Source of the DNA: a virus
Lineage: Duplodnaviria > Caudoviricetes
Reading direction: 5' to 3' (one strand)
DNA: 48,824 bases
Virus record (IMG/VR): IMGVR_UViG_3300026848_000010
Coordinates: 1-48,824 of that record
Positions 1 through 8,663 of this stretch are shown piece after piece. The notes under the pieces were generated by a model. The model did no database searches. It worked only from the letters and a program-made list of their open reading frames with translations, and was not told the origin of the DNA. The position numbers were made by a program, and so were the translations under genes. The first letter of the stretch is position 1. Each line of letters opens with the position of its first letter.

Positions 1-44
1 TCATAATCCGCGTGTCGGGGGTTCAAGTCCCTCCTCGGCTACCA
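1..44 (+). tRNA. 3' half of tRNA-Met (CAT), att core
   Basis: TCATAA anticodon loop, GGGGG-TTCAAGT-CCCTC T-arm, ends CTACCA; 5' half lies outside the window. Confidence 0.88.
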
Positions 45-85
45 ATAAAATCAAGGGGTTACGGACCAGTTCCGGCCCCTTGTTT

Positions 86-364
86 TTATGGTTTTCCAAG
101 ATTTTCCGAACGGTTTTCCAAAATTGGCGGTTCAGGTAGCGGCATCCAGTGGGTTGCTTTACCGTTCCTGCGATCCAAGGCACATCCGTCAACTGTGATC
201 CATTGATACGGAAGGACTTGGTCGCATCCATATCTATCTCCCCAATTTGCTTTTGATGGCTTGCCCCATCGACAGTTTGGTACACGGCGCGATCCGGGAC
301 CGCTTACCCAAATGTCAATAAGAGAATCATCCTTGGGCGCAGTCTCAATCGGCTGCCAATCCAT
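86..364 (-). CDS. DUF551-like phage protein
   Basis: WQPIETAPKD N-terminus and THWMPLPEPP C-terminal motif. Confidence 0.75.
   Translation of the reverse strand: MDWQPIETAPKDDSLIDIWVSGPGSRRVPNCRWGKPSKANWGDRYGCDQVLPYQWITVDGCALDRRNGKATHWMPLPEPPILENRSENLGKP
90..121. repeat. Three direct repeats G(G/A)TTTTCC(A/G)A, probable integrase arm-type sites
   Basis: ggttttccaa 90-99, gattttccga 100-109, ggttttccaa 112-121, next to the att core. Confidence 0.55.
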
Positions 365-634
365 TCACTCGCCCGCCTGTGCGCCTTCAACCTTGTCGGC
401 GGCCTCAACGATATGGTCATCTACCGGCAAATAACGCGGCCTGTTGTCGAGAACTCCAGTTTCATATGCCTCGTTAATCGCCTTCTCGATAGCAGCAAGC
501 ATTTCTGCGTCGCCTTCTTCGCGTGGAAATCCGATATGCGCATGACAGGCTTCCAGCGTGTCGACTAAGCTGCACATCATCGGCTCGACATCTTTCCGGC
601 TGTACCAGAAGCCTGCTGATATTTGTTCTGTCAT
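365..634 (-). CDS. Hypothetical phage protein
   Basis: Abuts 86..364; likely start MTEQISAG. Confidence 0.6.
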   Translation of the reverse strand: MTEQISAGFWYSRKDVEPMMCSLVDTLEACHAHIGFPREEGDAEMLAAIEKAINEAYETGVLDNRPRYLPVDDHIVEAADKVEGAQAGE

Positions 635-753
635 TTCATGTAATTCCTGAAATTGCACGTCCGGCAAACAAAAGTATAGTTTCCTTTGTCTGAATAAAGG
701 TCATGGTGCTTCTTGTGGAACAATTGACACCAAACAAGTTTAAGCCATCCCAT

Positions 754-1791
754 TCACTCACCCTTCCTCTGCAAAAGTCTGATCCCTTCCGACGCTCTCT
801 TGCGTCTATCAGCGGTTTTCGAATACTTCTCGGACATGGCCGCAGTCTTGTGACCCAATACCGCCATGATGGTTCTGGTGTCTGCCCCTGCGTCGGCAAG
901 GGCCGTTCCGACGGTATGCCGCAACCCGTGGAACGTGAGGTTTTCACCGATCTCGCCAGCCTCACGCAGCGGCAAAATTACCTGAGATCGGAACGATGCG
1001 CGGAATCCGGATTCCGTCCAGCTTTTGCCCCGCGTGTTGACGCAGATGATGGTGCCTTTGCGCGGCGTTGTATCAAGTATCGCCTTCAACACATCCTGCA
1101 CCGGCACCCAATGTGGTTCATCCGTCTTGCCTTGATTGATGTTGACCGCTGATCCGTCATAAGCGGACCACGGCAGCCGGACCACATCACCCTCACGTAG
1201 CCCGGTGAATGCACCCAACGCTATGACAGTGCGCAAGTGCTCCGGGGCAAACTCCAAAACAGCCTTTAATTCTCCCGCCGTCCATGGCCGGTTAACTTCC
1301 GGCTCTCCCTTTGGCTTTTTGATCGGCTTGATTCCGTCTGTCGGGTTGGGTCCAAGTTCGAACTTCACCTTGCCCCAATTCCAGCACAGAGAAATCACGG
1401 CCATCGTGTAATTGGCAAACCGGCGCTTGCGGTTCTGGAATGTCAGATCGCGAAGGCGTGCCATCTTTGGAGCGGTGAATGTGTCCAGGCGTTCATTCTT
1501 GGCCCGCTCCATGTACTGGAACACATCCATGTAGTCTTTCTTGGTGCGCGGTTTCAGCGCCTGCCATTCCGGGCTTTTGCGGTAATTCTCGACCAGCCAG
1601 CCCCATGTGCCTTTGATGGCCCCGGTTTTGGTGTCAATGCTGGCTGCCATTTCGTCAAGTCTGGCAACCTCGGCCGCAAATGCCGCCGTATTCGGTTTGG
1701 CGTCTATACGCTTGCCCGTGGCGCGGTGATAGTAATACAGCCGCCCCTTGGCCTTAACGCGCTTGATGCCCTTTAGCCTGATCGTTACCAC
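754..1791 (-). CDS. int: Tyrosine recombinase/integrase
   Basis: TGLREGD (R), FHGLRH (HxxR), LGH, Y in SEKYS; GTG start at 1791 after GGAGA. Confidence 0.95.
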   Translation of the reverse strand: MVTIRLKGIKRVKAKGRLYYYHRATGKRIDAKPNTAAFAAEVARLDEMAASIDTKTGAIKGTWGWLVENYRKSPEWQALKPRTKKDYMDVFQYMERAKNERLDTFTAPKMARLRDLTFQNRKRRFANYTMAVISLCWNWGKVKFELGPNPTDGIKPIKKPKGEPEVNRPWTAGELKAVLEFAPEHLRTVIALGAFTGLREGDVVRLPWSAYDGSAVNINQGKTDEPHWVPVQDVLKAILDTTPRKGTIICVNTRGKSWTESGFRASFRSQVILPLREAGEIGENLTFHGLRHTVGTALADAGADTRTIMAVLGHKTAAMSEKYSKTADRRKRASEGIRLLQRKGE

Positions 1792-2023
1792 CGAACTTGT
1801 TCTCCACCCAATCGCCAGACACAGCACCGGAATTCAGATCGTCAAGATACTTGTCGATAGCGGCCCTGTCATACAATACCCTTTTGCCATATGGCGTCGG
1901 CTCGACCGGGATATAACGCCGCATTGTTTCCGGCGACATACCGAGATAAGCGGCGGCCTGATCCGGCGACATGAGGCGCGGCCAGTTCGGTAGCGGTGCA
2001 AGATCAGCTACTTTTGCGACCAT
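1754..2023 (-). CDS. xis: Excisionase-like HTH protein
   Basis: LMSPDQAAAYLGMS...VLYDRAAIDKYLD; overlaps the integrase start. Confidence 0.8.
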   Translation of the reverse strand: MVAKVADLAPLPNWPRLMSPDQAAAYLGMSPETMRRYIPVEPTPYGKRVLYDRAAIDKYLDDLNSGAVSGDWVENKFGGNDQAKGHQAR

Positions 2024-2470
2024 TCACACCTCCACCAGTTCGTCGGGGATTTCGATTTCGTCATTACCGTTCTCTGTCATGCACACAGCATGGCAAATCG
2101 CTATCTTGGCATCACGGTTTGGCTGAGCCACGACAGTGTAATCGTCATCATCACCAGTGTACTCACACGAAACCAAGAACTTGCCTTCAGCGTATCGCCG
2201 AAGGTCTTTGATCGTCAGGCTGAATTCATCAATCAGAATCCCGGTGTGAGCCCAGTTGCATGACGGCTCGAAAACTTTTTCGTTTTTCCCTAGGCAGCAA
2301 TCTTCTGCGGAGATAAACCAATTATCTCGGCCATATATGTCTCGATGAAAGGCCCAAGTGATAACCTTGTCATTTCGCTTAAATTCACGAGATGGAGCGC
2401 CATACAAAACACTCGCAACTGCCCAATCAAGCGCCCGGCCTTCAAGTTCTGATACCTTTACGATCATCAC
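2024..2470 (-). CDS. NinX/DUF2591-like protein
   Basis: VKVSELEGRALDWAVA, FEPSCNWAHTGILI, IAICHAV motifs. Confidence 0.7.
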   Translation of the reverse strand: MMIVKVSELEGRALDWAVASVLYGAPSREFKRNDKVITWAFHRDIYGRDNWFISAEDCCLGKNEKVFEPSCNWAHTGILIDEFSLTIKDLRRYAEGKFLVSCEYTGDDDDYTVVAQPNRDAKIAICHAVCMTENGNDEIEIPDELVEV

Positions 2471-2754
2471 TCACCCTCCACGCCAAAGCCAACTGATTTG
2501 ACGGCGGCGATCATGCGATCTATCGCTTCTTTCGCAATAACCTTCGCCGCCAACCTCTGCCCATCTTGAGCATCAGAAACGGTTCTCCACAAATGTGGCT
2601 CCGCTGCTCGTGACATTATTTCGATCTGCTCGCGGGTGAGTTTGCATTCTGATGCATGAATTGCATCCGATGACATTGCATTTGCGAACGAATAGCCGAC
2701 GTATACAACGTCACCATCATCCACAGGCACCACGGCCAGCTTCATTTCAGTCAT
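2467..2754 (-). CDS. Hypothetical phage protein
   Basis: 4-bp overlaps with both neighbours. Confidence 0.65.
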   Translation of the reverse strand: MTEMKLAVVPVDDGDVVYVGYSFANAMSSDAIHASECKLTREQIEIMSRAAEPHLWRTVSDAQDGQRLAAKVIAKEAIDRMIAAVKSVGFGVEGE

Positions 2755-3512
2755 GCCGCCCTCGCTTTGATGAAATCATCGACGTTGATCAGGTGAGGGC
2801 GGGACGAGACAGCCCAGACCCACGGGTTGGCTGTCCAGCTTTCCGGTCCGTTGATTGAGGTCCACAAAGTTTTATAGCTGTCGTATGCAGTGGCGCAGCA
2901 TTGGGTACATGGCATTATGTAATCGCGCCATCCGTCCGTATCGCGCAAGACGCCCTCCGCTATGGCGTCTTCCTCGCTGATGCTTTGCAAGCGTTCAACC
3001 CGGATATCGGTAATTTCGAGGGTGAGGCGGCTGGCCCATCGGGGCATGTGGATACCGGGGCGCGGCTTTTCCCAATCGCCAGACGATGGTGAACCATCAG
3101 CCCAGTACCAAGTTTCAGGGATCAGTGAGACAAGGCGTCTGCCGTTCTGCATCAACAATCTGTCAGACGGCTTGGTGTCGGAAAGCCAGTATTCACCGCT
3201 CCATGTCTCCCGCACATAGAGAAGATCGCCGGGCTTGCCGTAGGGGCAGCGCATAGGATGCCAAATTTCATCTAACGGTTCACCGCGACTTTCCAAAGTC
3301 CAGTTTGACCATGTGGTTTCCCACTGCCCCCATTCGCCGTCTTCATTTTGTTCAGGCGGTTTGATGTCGAGTACGTTGCAGATACGGGTCGCAGGCTGCT
3401 GCTTTATGATACGCCGTGTCTGCGTCTTACCGGTCCCCGGCGCTTTGATCTCGCGCAGCGTGGCCAGCACCATCGGGGCAGACATAAGTATGGGCTTTAC
3501 GTTATAATTCAT
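2751..3512 (-). CDS. ASCH/PUA-like phage protein
   Basis: KPILMS..MV, KTQTRR, PYGKPGDLLYVRETW, IHMPRWASRLTLEITDIRVERLQ, NPWVW. Confidence 0.75.
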   Translation of the reverse strand: MNYNVKPILMSAPMVLATLREIKAPGTGKTQTRRIIKQQPATRICNVLDIKPPEQNEDGEWGQWETTWSNWTLESRGEPLDEIWHPMRCPYGKPGDLLYVRETWSGEYWLSDTKPSDRLLMQNGRRLVSLIPETWYWADGSPSSGDWEKPRPGIHMPRWASRLTLEITDIRVERLQSISEEDAIAEGVLRDTDGWRDYIMPCTQCCATAYDSYKTLWTSINGPESWTANPWVWAVSSRPHLINVDDFIKARAA

Positions 3513-3589
3513 CAGTTCGATTCCTGTTACTTTACGGTGCGGGGTTGAACGGGCGCTGGCGAGGTTGCCGCCTTGTCAGCGCCGCTTGT

Positions 3590-3817
3590 TTATTCCGGCT
3601 TCCATTCCCTAGCTATCTTCTTGATCATCTTCTTGCGCCCTTGTTCAACAACCGATGGCGCAACCACGGAATGAACAAGGCAAACAGTCAGGGATTTCGA
3701 TATCAGTTCGTACCGGTCAAGAGACTTCTGGTCGAAGCACCCTTCAAGCTGTTCTGCGATTGATGGCCCAAAAGCGCTAATCTCGATCTCGGTTGGCAAC
3801 TCTTTGAAGGCCATCAC
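3590..3817 (-). CDS. Hypothetical phage protein
   Basis: AGGAG upstream; lies in the early-left operon. Confidence 0.6.
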   Translation of the reverse strand: MMAFKELPTEIEISAFGPSIAEQLEGCFDQKSLDRYELISKSLTVCLVHSVVAPSVVEQGRKKMIKKIAREWKPE

Positions 3818-3850
3818 GCCATCTCCTGCTTATCGAGTTCGACAATCCGG

Positions 3851-4276
3851 TTAGTCATCACTGTCTCCTAGCATTTCATTGACGCGGGCATTCAAATCTT
3901 CGCTGTTCACACCGGGCAGAATGTCGGAGCAGACAACCTCAATCGCTCGTTCGAAAAATTCCCTGAAATCGGTCTGGCTCATTTTTGCAAAGCTGATTGA
4001 TTTCGGTATCTCGACAATGCCCTGTGCTGTTTTCACGACATCGACATGCCCGCAGCGAATCTTGATTAGGCTGCTGATCAATTCAGCCGGCCGGTCAAGC
4101 TGTTCGGCAACAGCCCCGCACAAGGCCCAATAAAGCCTGTGCATGCGGACATTGCGCGGTTTGCTGATTTTGGCGCGGTAGACGCGACCCACTTCAAGGT
4201 CAGCGAAATATGCCTGTGTCATGGCATTATCGGCGATCAATCCTTGCGGAACACGGCGGACCATAAGATCAGACAT
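3851..4276 (-). CDS. DUF1367/NinB-like protein
   Basis: KPRNVRMHRLYWAL and PKSISFAKMSQTDFREFF. Confidence 0.75.
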   Translation of the reverse strand: MSDLMVRRVPQGLIADNAMTQAYFADLEVGRVYRAKISKPRNVRMHRLYWALCGAVAEQLDRPAELISSLIKIRCGHVDVVKTAQGIVEIPKSISFAKMSQTDFREFFERAIEVVCSDILPGVNSEDLNARVNEMLGDSDD

Positions 4277-4598
4277 TTTGCATACCCTCCGAAATCATCC
4301 ACTGGTCGCGCACCCAAACCAGAAGGTTACGACCGATCAGTTTGTTGAAATCTTCCCGGCTCATGGCGTGAACCGCCTGCGGTCCGGTTCTGTGGTGCGA
4401 CGGACACAACGGAGCGATTTGCGTGTGGTCACGTTTGCCGCCGGGTCCGTCCTTAACGTGATGCAGTTCAACCGGGCGCATTCCGCAGACAAGGCAGGGC
4501 ATCTTTGCCAGCCGGTCAGCGTGACGCTTTTCGGCTGCGTTCATCGGTCTGGCGCGGACATCGCGGATACGGCCATGCTTGGGGCATTTCGGGATCAT
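4269..4598 (-). CDS. DUF968/Ref-like HNH zinc nuclease
   Basis: CLVCG, ELHH, KRDH, PLCPSHH motifs. Confidence 0.7.
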   Translation of the reverse strand: MIPKCPKHGRIRDVRARPMNAAEKRHADRLAKMPCLVCGMRPVELHHVKDGPGGKRDHTQIAPLCPSHHRTGPQAVHAMSREDFNKLIGRNLLVWVRDQWMISEGMQNV

Positions 4599-4798
4599 CG
4601 CTTGTACCCCAAGAAGTTCAGCCGGTTCGAAACGGCGGTACGCATCATCTGAATGACTTGCGGGTTCATCGTTTCGATTTCCGCCTTGTTCATCCGCGAG
4701 ATATGCATGACCTGTTCGATTGTTCCGGCCTGCTCGATGGCCGCACAGAACGCGACGCGAAATTCGTCTTGACCGGTGACGTAAACGGAGTAGGTCAT
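4595..4798 (-). CDS. Hypothetical phage protein
   Basis: 4-bp overlaps with both neighbours. Confidence 0.6.
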   Translation of the reverse strand: MTYSVYVTGQDEFRVAFCAAIEQAGTIEQVMHISRMNKAEIETMNPQVIQMMRTAVSNRLNFLGYKR

Positions 4799-5415
4799 TC
4801 CAGCCCCTTTATGACTTCATAGACTTCCTCCGCCTTGGCTCGAACAACGCCTATCGTTTGACGAAGTGCGACCTGAAAGCCCGGATCGGCATGTTGCCGG
4901 ATCACAAATGGTGGCAGGTCGCGATGGAAGAACAGAAGGTCGCACCATTGACGACCGCAAATCATCATCTGTCCCTGTGTCTGCGCGACGTAAGTTGATG
5001 GGCATCTTTCATTCTTGCGCCAGAACAACGCGGTCTCGACAAAGTTTTCAGCCTTGAGACACTTGATTTCGAGCATCCCATCGTCACCGACAAGGCCGTC
5101 TGGGCTACACCCCATCGTGACATCATCGTCGGTCACAAAGCCGATCTCTGTCACATCGGCCAGACGCGACAGGCTATAGAACTCACGTGCCAACGGTTCG
5201 GTTTCGTGTCCATTTTCAGTCCACTTGTTGCCGGACCATGCGTCGACCGGGGCACCGTGATATTTTTCAGCGGCCAGCTTATAGGCGTATTTATCTGCCT
5301 GTGCCGATGGTTCGCCTTTGGATGTCACCAGCTTTGAGAATTCAGAAGCTGTTGGCAACCCGGCGCGAAGCCGGTGCCATTCATCGGTGCCTTGTTCGAT
5401 GTTGTGTGCGATCAT
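4795..5415 (-). CDS. YqaJ/lambda-type exonuclease
   Basis: EQGTDEWHRLRAGLPTASEF, GCSPDGLV, LEIKC, QTQGQM. Confidence 0.92.
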   Translation of the reverse strand: MIAHNIEQGTDEWHRLRAGLPTASEFSKLVTSKGEPSAQADKYAYKLAAEKYHGAPVDAWSGNKWTENGHETEPLAREFYSLSRLADVTEIGFVTDDDVTMGCSPDGLVGDDGMLEIKCLKAENFVETALFWRKNERCPSTYVAQTQGQMMICGRQWCDLLFFHRDLPPFVIRQHADPGFQVALRQTIGVVRAKAEEVYEVIKGLE

Positions 5416-6233
5416 TTCGGAATCCCCTGCATTGCTTTGGCAGCACGCATTGCGTCATTAAAACGTGCAGCAGGAATTTGACCGAGGTGATCGACCTTGA
5501 ATTTTGCCTTGAAATTGTTGACGGCAGATACGCCGCCTTTATCCATCAGGATCGAGGTAAGCTGTTCTGCTTCATCGCTGGTCACACGCATCGACGGGAT
5601 TGCTGCACCATCATCGTCCATATCCTGTGCGGCAAGTCCGGTAGCAGCCAGGAATGTGTATCGCTGCAAATACATCACAGCAGACCCGACCGCCTGAATA
5701 TTGTTTTTGCCGCCGCTATCATCACGACCAGATTGCAGTGTGGTGTGCTCGCTGTGACCTTCCTCGTGCGTTACGATGCAGGTAACGCGGATCAATCCGC
5801 CTTCAAGCTGTTCGGTCTCCCATGTGTGGGAAAGGCCAAATTCTGACATGACCGGGCATACCGTTTCGACGATATGATCAAGCGTTGCATGGGTGTATTC
5901 GGTCTTTTTCCCATCTCTGTTTTCGAACGAAACCTTGCGGTTTTTATATATCTTGGGGCATCCTTTTTTGAATGCGGCCATCGCCCGCACATAGGCTTTG
6001 CGCGCCTTGCGGTCCTCGTATTCGTTCTGCATCTGCATAAGCGCACGCATCGTGTCGCTGTTAACACCGGCAGACAGGGCGTTGTTGATCACTTGAAGCG
6101 GACTCAGTGCTTCACTGTGCGCCGCGACCTGCCGACTTTCGGCCGCAACGATATCTTGTGATTTGGTTTCTTCGGTCATAACTGGTTCCTCTTTGATATC
6201 CGGATACAGCCCCGGTTCGGTGATCTGGGTCAT
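5412..6233 (-). CDS. erf: ERF-family single-strand annealing protein
   Basis: YTHATLDHI, THEEGHSE, QAVGSAVMYLQRYT, DDDG; adjacent to the exonuclease. Confidence 0.9.
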   Translation of the reverse strand: MTQITEPGLYPDIKEEPVMTEETKSQDIVAAESRQVAAHSEALSPLQVINNALSAGVNSDTMRALMQMQNEYEDRKARKAYVRAMAAFKKGCPKIYKNRKVSFENRDGKKTEYTHATLDHIVETVCPVMSEFGLSHTWETEQLEGGLIRVTCIVTHEEGHSEHTTLQSGRDDSGGKNNIQAVGSAVMYLQRYTFLAATGLAAQDMDDDGAAIPSMRVTSDEAEQLTSILMDKGGVSAVNNFKAKFKVDHLGQIPAARFNDAMRAAKAMQGIPK

Positions 6234-7195
6234 TGAATGCCTCCACGTACTTCGATGACCTTGCCGAGGCAGAAGGCAATCGACATGGATGTGCCGAATT
6301 CTTCGCGCTGCGGTGCAAGGTATGTGCTGCGGTTGCCCCAAGGTTTGGAGACGGAATCACCCCATGCGGTCGAAACAAACGGTTCGCCACCTGATTTCGG
6401 GTGAACGAAAACCGAAAGTTCGCCCTGCTGCGGGCAAATGTCGGTGGTATCAAAAATCACCAGCTTGCCGCCAATCAGCATCGCGGCCATGCCGTTGCGG
6501 GTCAGGCCGGTTTCGGCAAGATCGGTTCCACGTGAAACAGGCGATGGCAGTGAGCGGCGATGCTCACGCACCTTGACCGGCTTTTCGGTTTCGATGGCGG
6601 GAATATCGATCCCTTTGAATTCGAGGCGGGCCAGCAGGGAAACCACATCAGCGAAATGCTGCGCTGGAACATCCTTGTAGCTGCATCCGAATTTCTTCTT
6701 GATCGCCGACCAGCACTTGACGGCAACCGCACCGCGCTGCTGCTTCGGTGCTGCCTCGGTGCGGGCACGGACCATCGCCTTGATTTCGTCCTGCTGCTCA
6801 ATGGTCAGGCCACCGGTGACGGTGGTGCGGGTTTGTTCGTGGCGGAAAGTGCCATGGCGGACAGCAAGGAAAACCGAAATGAGTTCCTGACGGACTTCTG
6901 CAGCTTTATCGGTTCTGGCAAACATGCACAGCAAAAGAGATTGTGCTTCGTTGAGCCAGTATTCCTGAACATTGATCGTTCCGCCTTGCGGTCGCTTAAC
7001 CAGCGCCCCACGGCGGGGCGCTGCGCCGTACGCCTGCAATTCCTTGATGTTGCGCTCGATCAGATCACGAACCTTGCGGGCGCGATCAAATCCAAGGCGT
7101 TCCCCCAGACGGGCATCACGAATACGCGGTTCATCTTTGGTGATTTTGGTGTTGAGATCGGAGACGGACAGAGTCCGGGTGCTCGAATTGGTCAT
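6230..7195 (-). CDS. ant: Phage antirepressor (N-terminal DNA-binding domain, ORF6C-like domain, extra C-terminal domain)
   Basis: EPRIRDARLGERLGF..YWLNEAQSLLLCMFART; LTIEQQDEIK..WSAIKKKFGCSYKDVP; SD GGAGG before ATG 7195. Confidence 0.8.
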   Translation of the reverse strand: MTNSSTRTLSVSDLNTKITKDEPRIRDARLGERLGFDRARKVRDLIERNIKELQAYGAAPRRGALVKRPQGGTINVQEYWLNEAQSLLLCMFARTDKAAEVRQELISVFLAVRHGTFRHEQTRTTVTGGLTIEQQDEIKAMVRARTEAAPKQQRGAVAVKCWSAIKKKFGCSYKDVPAQHFADVVSLLARLEFKGIDIPAIETEKPVKVREHRRSLPSPVSRGTDLAETGLTRNGMAAMLIGGKLVIFDTTDICPQQGELSVFVHPKSGGEPFVSTAWGDSVSKPWGNRSTYLAPQREEFGTSMSIAFCLGKVIEVRGGIQ

Positions 7196-7252
7196 AACAG
7201 ACCTCCACTTGATCGGTTTTTGAACCTGATCACCGGAGGTTCCAATCTCTGG

Positions 7253-7325
7253 TGATCGGACGTACAGGGTTGGAACTACCGCCAAGTGGAAGCGGCCCGC
7301 TTTCGCGGCCCCATACGCCCGACCA
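7253..7325 (-). ncRNA. c4-type antisense RNA (P1 C4 / P4 CI-like)
   Basis: Long closing stem UGGUCGGGCGUAUGGGG / CCCUGUACGUCCGAUCA; unpaired CCACUUG and GUUCCAA complementary to duplicated flanking sites. Confidence 0.85.
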
Positions 7326-7418
7326 TAAGAAAAACCGCTGCCAGATAGGCGCGGTTTCGAGCGCCACTTGATATGCGGGGTTCCAATCCCGGCCAGCGAA
7401 TTTGCGCTGACGTGGGAA

Positions 7419-7447
7419 AGATTACGCGTGCGGGTTGCCGTTGTCAA
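7419..7447 (-). promoter_or_regulatory. Sigma70 promoter for the c4-antirepressor transcript
   Basis: TTGACA-17bp-TAATCT on the minus strand. Confidence 0.75.
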
Positions 7448-7523
7448 GCAGGTCATGACCGCACCTCGCGGCGATGCGCCCACCACTTCCGCAGCGGACG
7501 GGTCAGGCGGTGATAGAGGGCGG

Positions 7524-7754
7524 TCATTGTTCACCGTCCATGCGGGCGCGGGTTTCGTTGACGTGCTTCACATAGGCCGGACGCCAACGGAAATATGGCT
7601 CGGTGATATGCTGCCGGACGTTGGCTTTGGTGAGTTGAATTGTCCCCATCCGGCGACCGCCAGACATCCAAGCGCAAGACGCGACTGGTTCGTCATCCGG
7701 CCAAAGGAACCCTTCCAAAAGGTCTTTGCGGGTTGCGAGAACAGTAACCATCAT
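7524..7754 (-). CDS. Hypothetical phage protein
   Basis: 4-bp overlap with upstream ORF; SD AAGGGG. Confidence 0.5.
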   Translation of the reverse strand: MMVTVLATRKDLLEGFLWPDDEPVASCAWMSGGRRMGTIQLTKANVRQHITEPYFRWRPAYVKHVNETRARMDGEQ

Positions 7755-7978
7755 GCATTCCCCTTCATAATCCGGTTAGAATTGACGTGGCACGCGGTGC
7801 GGGCCAGTTGCACGGTCAGCGGGTGCCGGATGCGCTGCAGCCAGATGTCCTCGCTGATCTGGTGCATCACGGCCATGCGCTGCGCCGGGTCATCGGTGGT
7901 CAGAAGGTCAGTCGACCGTTGCCAGACGACACGTGCCTCGATTGCGGTGCGGTTCGAGCAGATGTTTCCGTGTGTCAT
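7751..7978 (-). CDS. Hypothetical phage protein
   Basis: Start MTHGNIC overlaps the stop of the upstream gene. Confidence 0.5.
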   Translation of the reverse strand: MTHGNICSNRTAIEARVVWQRSTDLLTTDDPAQRMAVMHQISEDIWLQRIRHPLTVQLARTACHVNSNRIMKGNA

Positions 7979-8253
7979 TTCAGCCCCACATCGAACCATT
8001 GCAGGTCCATAGCGTTCAGGATTTCGGAGCCGAAATATCCGACGGTAAAGCTGAGAACGAACAACGGGCCAACGATGGCAAAGAAGCGGATCGCGTCGTG
8101 CTTCCAGTGAAGTTCCGGCTCCCATTTAGGTTTGGTATCTTCGGTCTTTTCCTTGAACGACCACCCCATGCGACCAAGCGTTTCGATATCAAGCCCGATC
8201 TTTCCGAGGTCTTCGGCGTCACGGTATTTGCGGCAGGCTTCTTCGGGGGTCAT
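7975..8253 (-). CDS. Small membrane protein
   Basis: Start MTPEEAC after GGAGG; hydrophobic segment FFAIVGPLFVLSFTVGYF. Confidence 0.6.
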   Translation of the reverse strand: MTPEEACRKYRDAEDLGKIGLDIETLGRMGWSFKEKTEDTKPKWEPELHWKHDAIRFFAIVGPLFVLSFTVGYFGSEILNAMDLQWFDVGLK

Positions 8254-8606
8254 GGCTTTGCCTCCGCTTTGGCGATGGCTGCAACTGCATGGCTGTACCA
8301 AGTTGCGGGGTGCGTCGGTTTTGCATCATTCTCCCAGCAAACTTTCATGCCTTTGACGATGCGCAATAACTCGTCCCGCTGCTCCAAAAGCTGGCGCGGC
8401 GTTAGGCCGGTTTCGTTGGCTACGTTTCCAGCCTCGGCGATAAGGTCAGCGTTCTCTTTGGCATTTGGTTTCTTGTAAAAATCATTGCTGTTTTTCTTGT
8501 GATACATGTCGCAGATATTATCGCCGCAATCGTTATCGACCCAAACCAACCCGGCATCAGTTTCAAAAACGCTCCACTCACCCTTGGTAATCTTCAACTC
8601 GCTCAT
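8250..8606 (-). CDS. Hypothetical phage protein
   Basis: ITKGEWSV..ICDM..ENADLIAEA..TGLTPRQLLEQRDELL, a common phage family; AGGAG SD. Confidence 0.7.
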   Translation of the reverse strand: MSELKITKGEWSVFETDAGLVWVDNDCGDNICDMYHKKNSNDFYKKPNAKENADLIAEAGNVANETGLTPRQLLEQRDELLRIVKGMKVCWENDAKPTHPATWYSHAVAAIAKAEAKP

Positions 8607-8663
8607 AACCTGCTCCTTACTGATTCTCATGACAGCGCACCCGCAGATGCGCTGCGGTGAGGG

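Noticed and set aside
1-285. 94-aa minus-strand ORF ending LVAEEGLEPPTRGL
   Set aside because: Its C-terminus is the reverse translation of the tRNA 3' half, and it overlaps the better-supported 86..364 gene.
7196-7534. 113-aa N-terminal extension of the antirepressor ORF
   Set aside because: It spans the promoter and c4 RNA; the SD-supported start is 7195. An ash-like longer product from upstream transcripts cannot be excluded.
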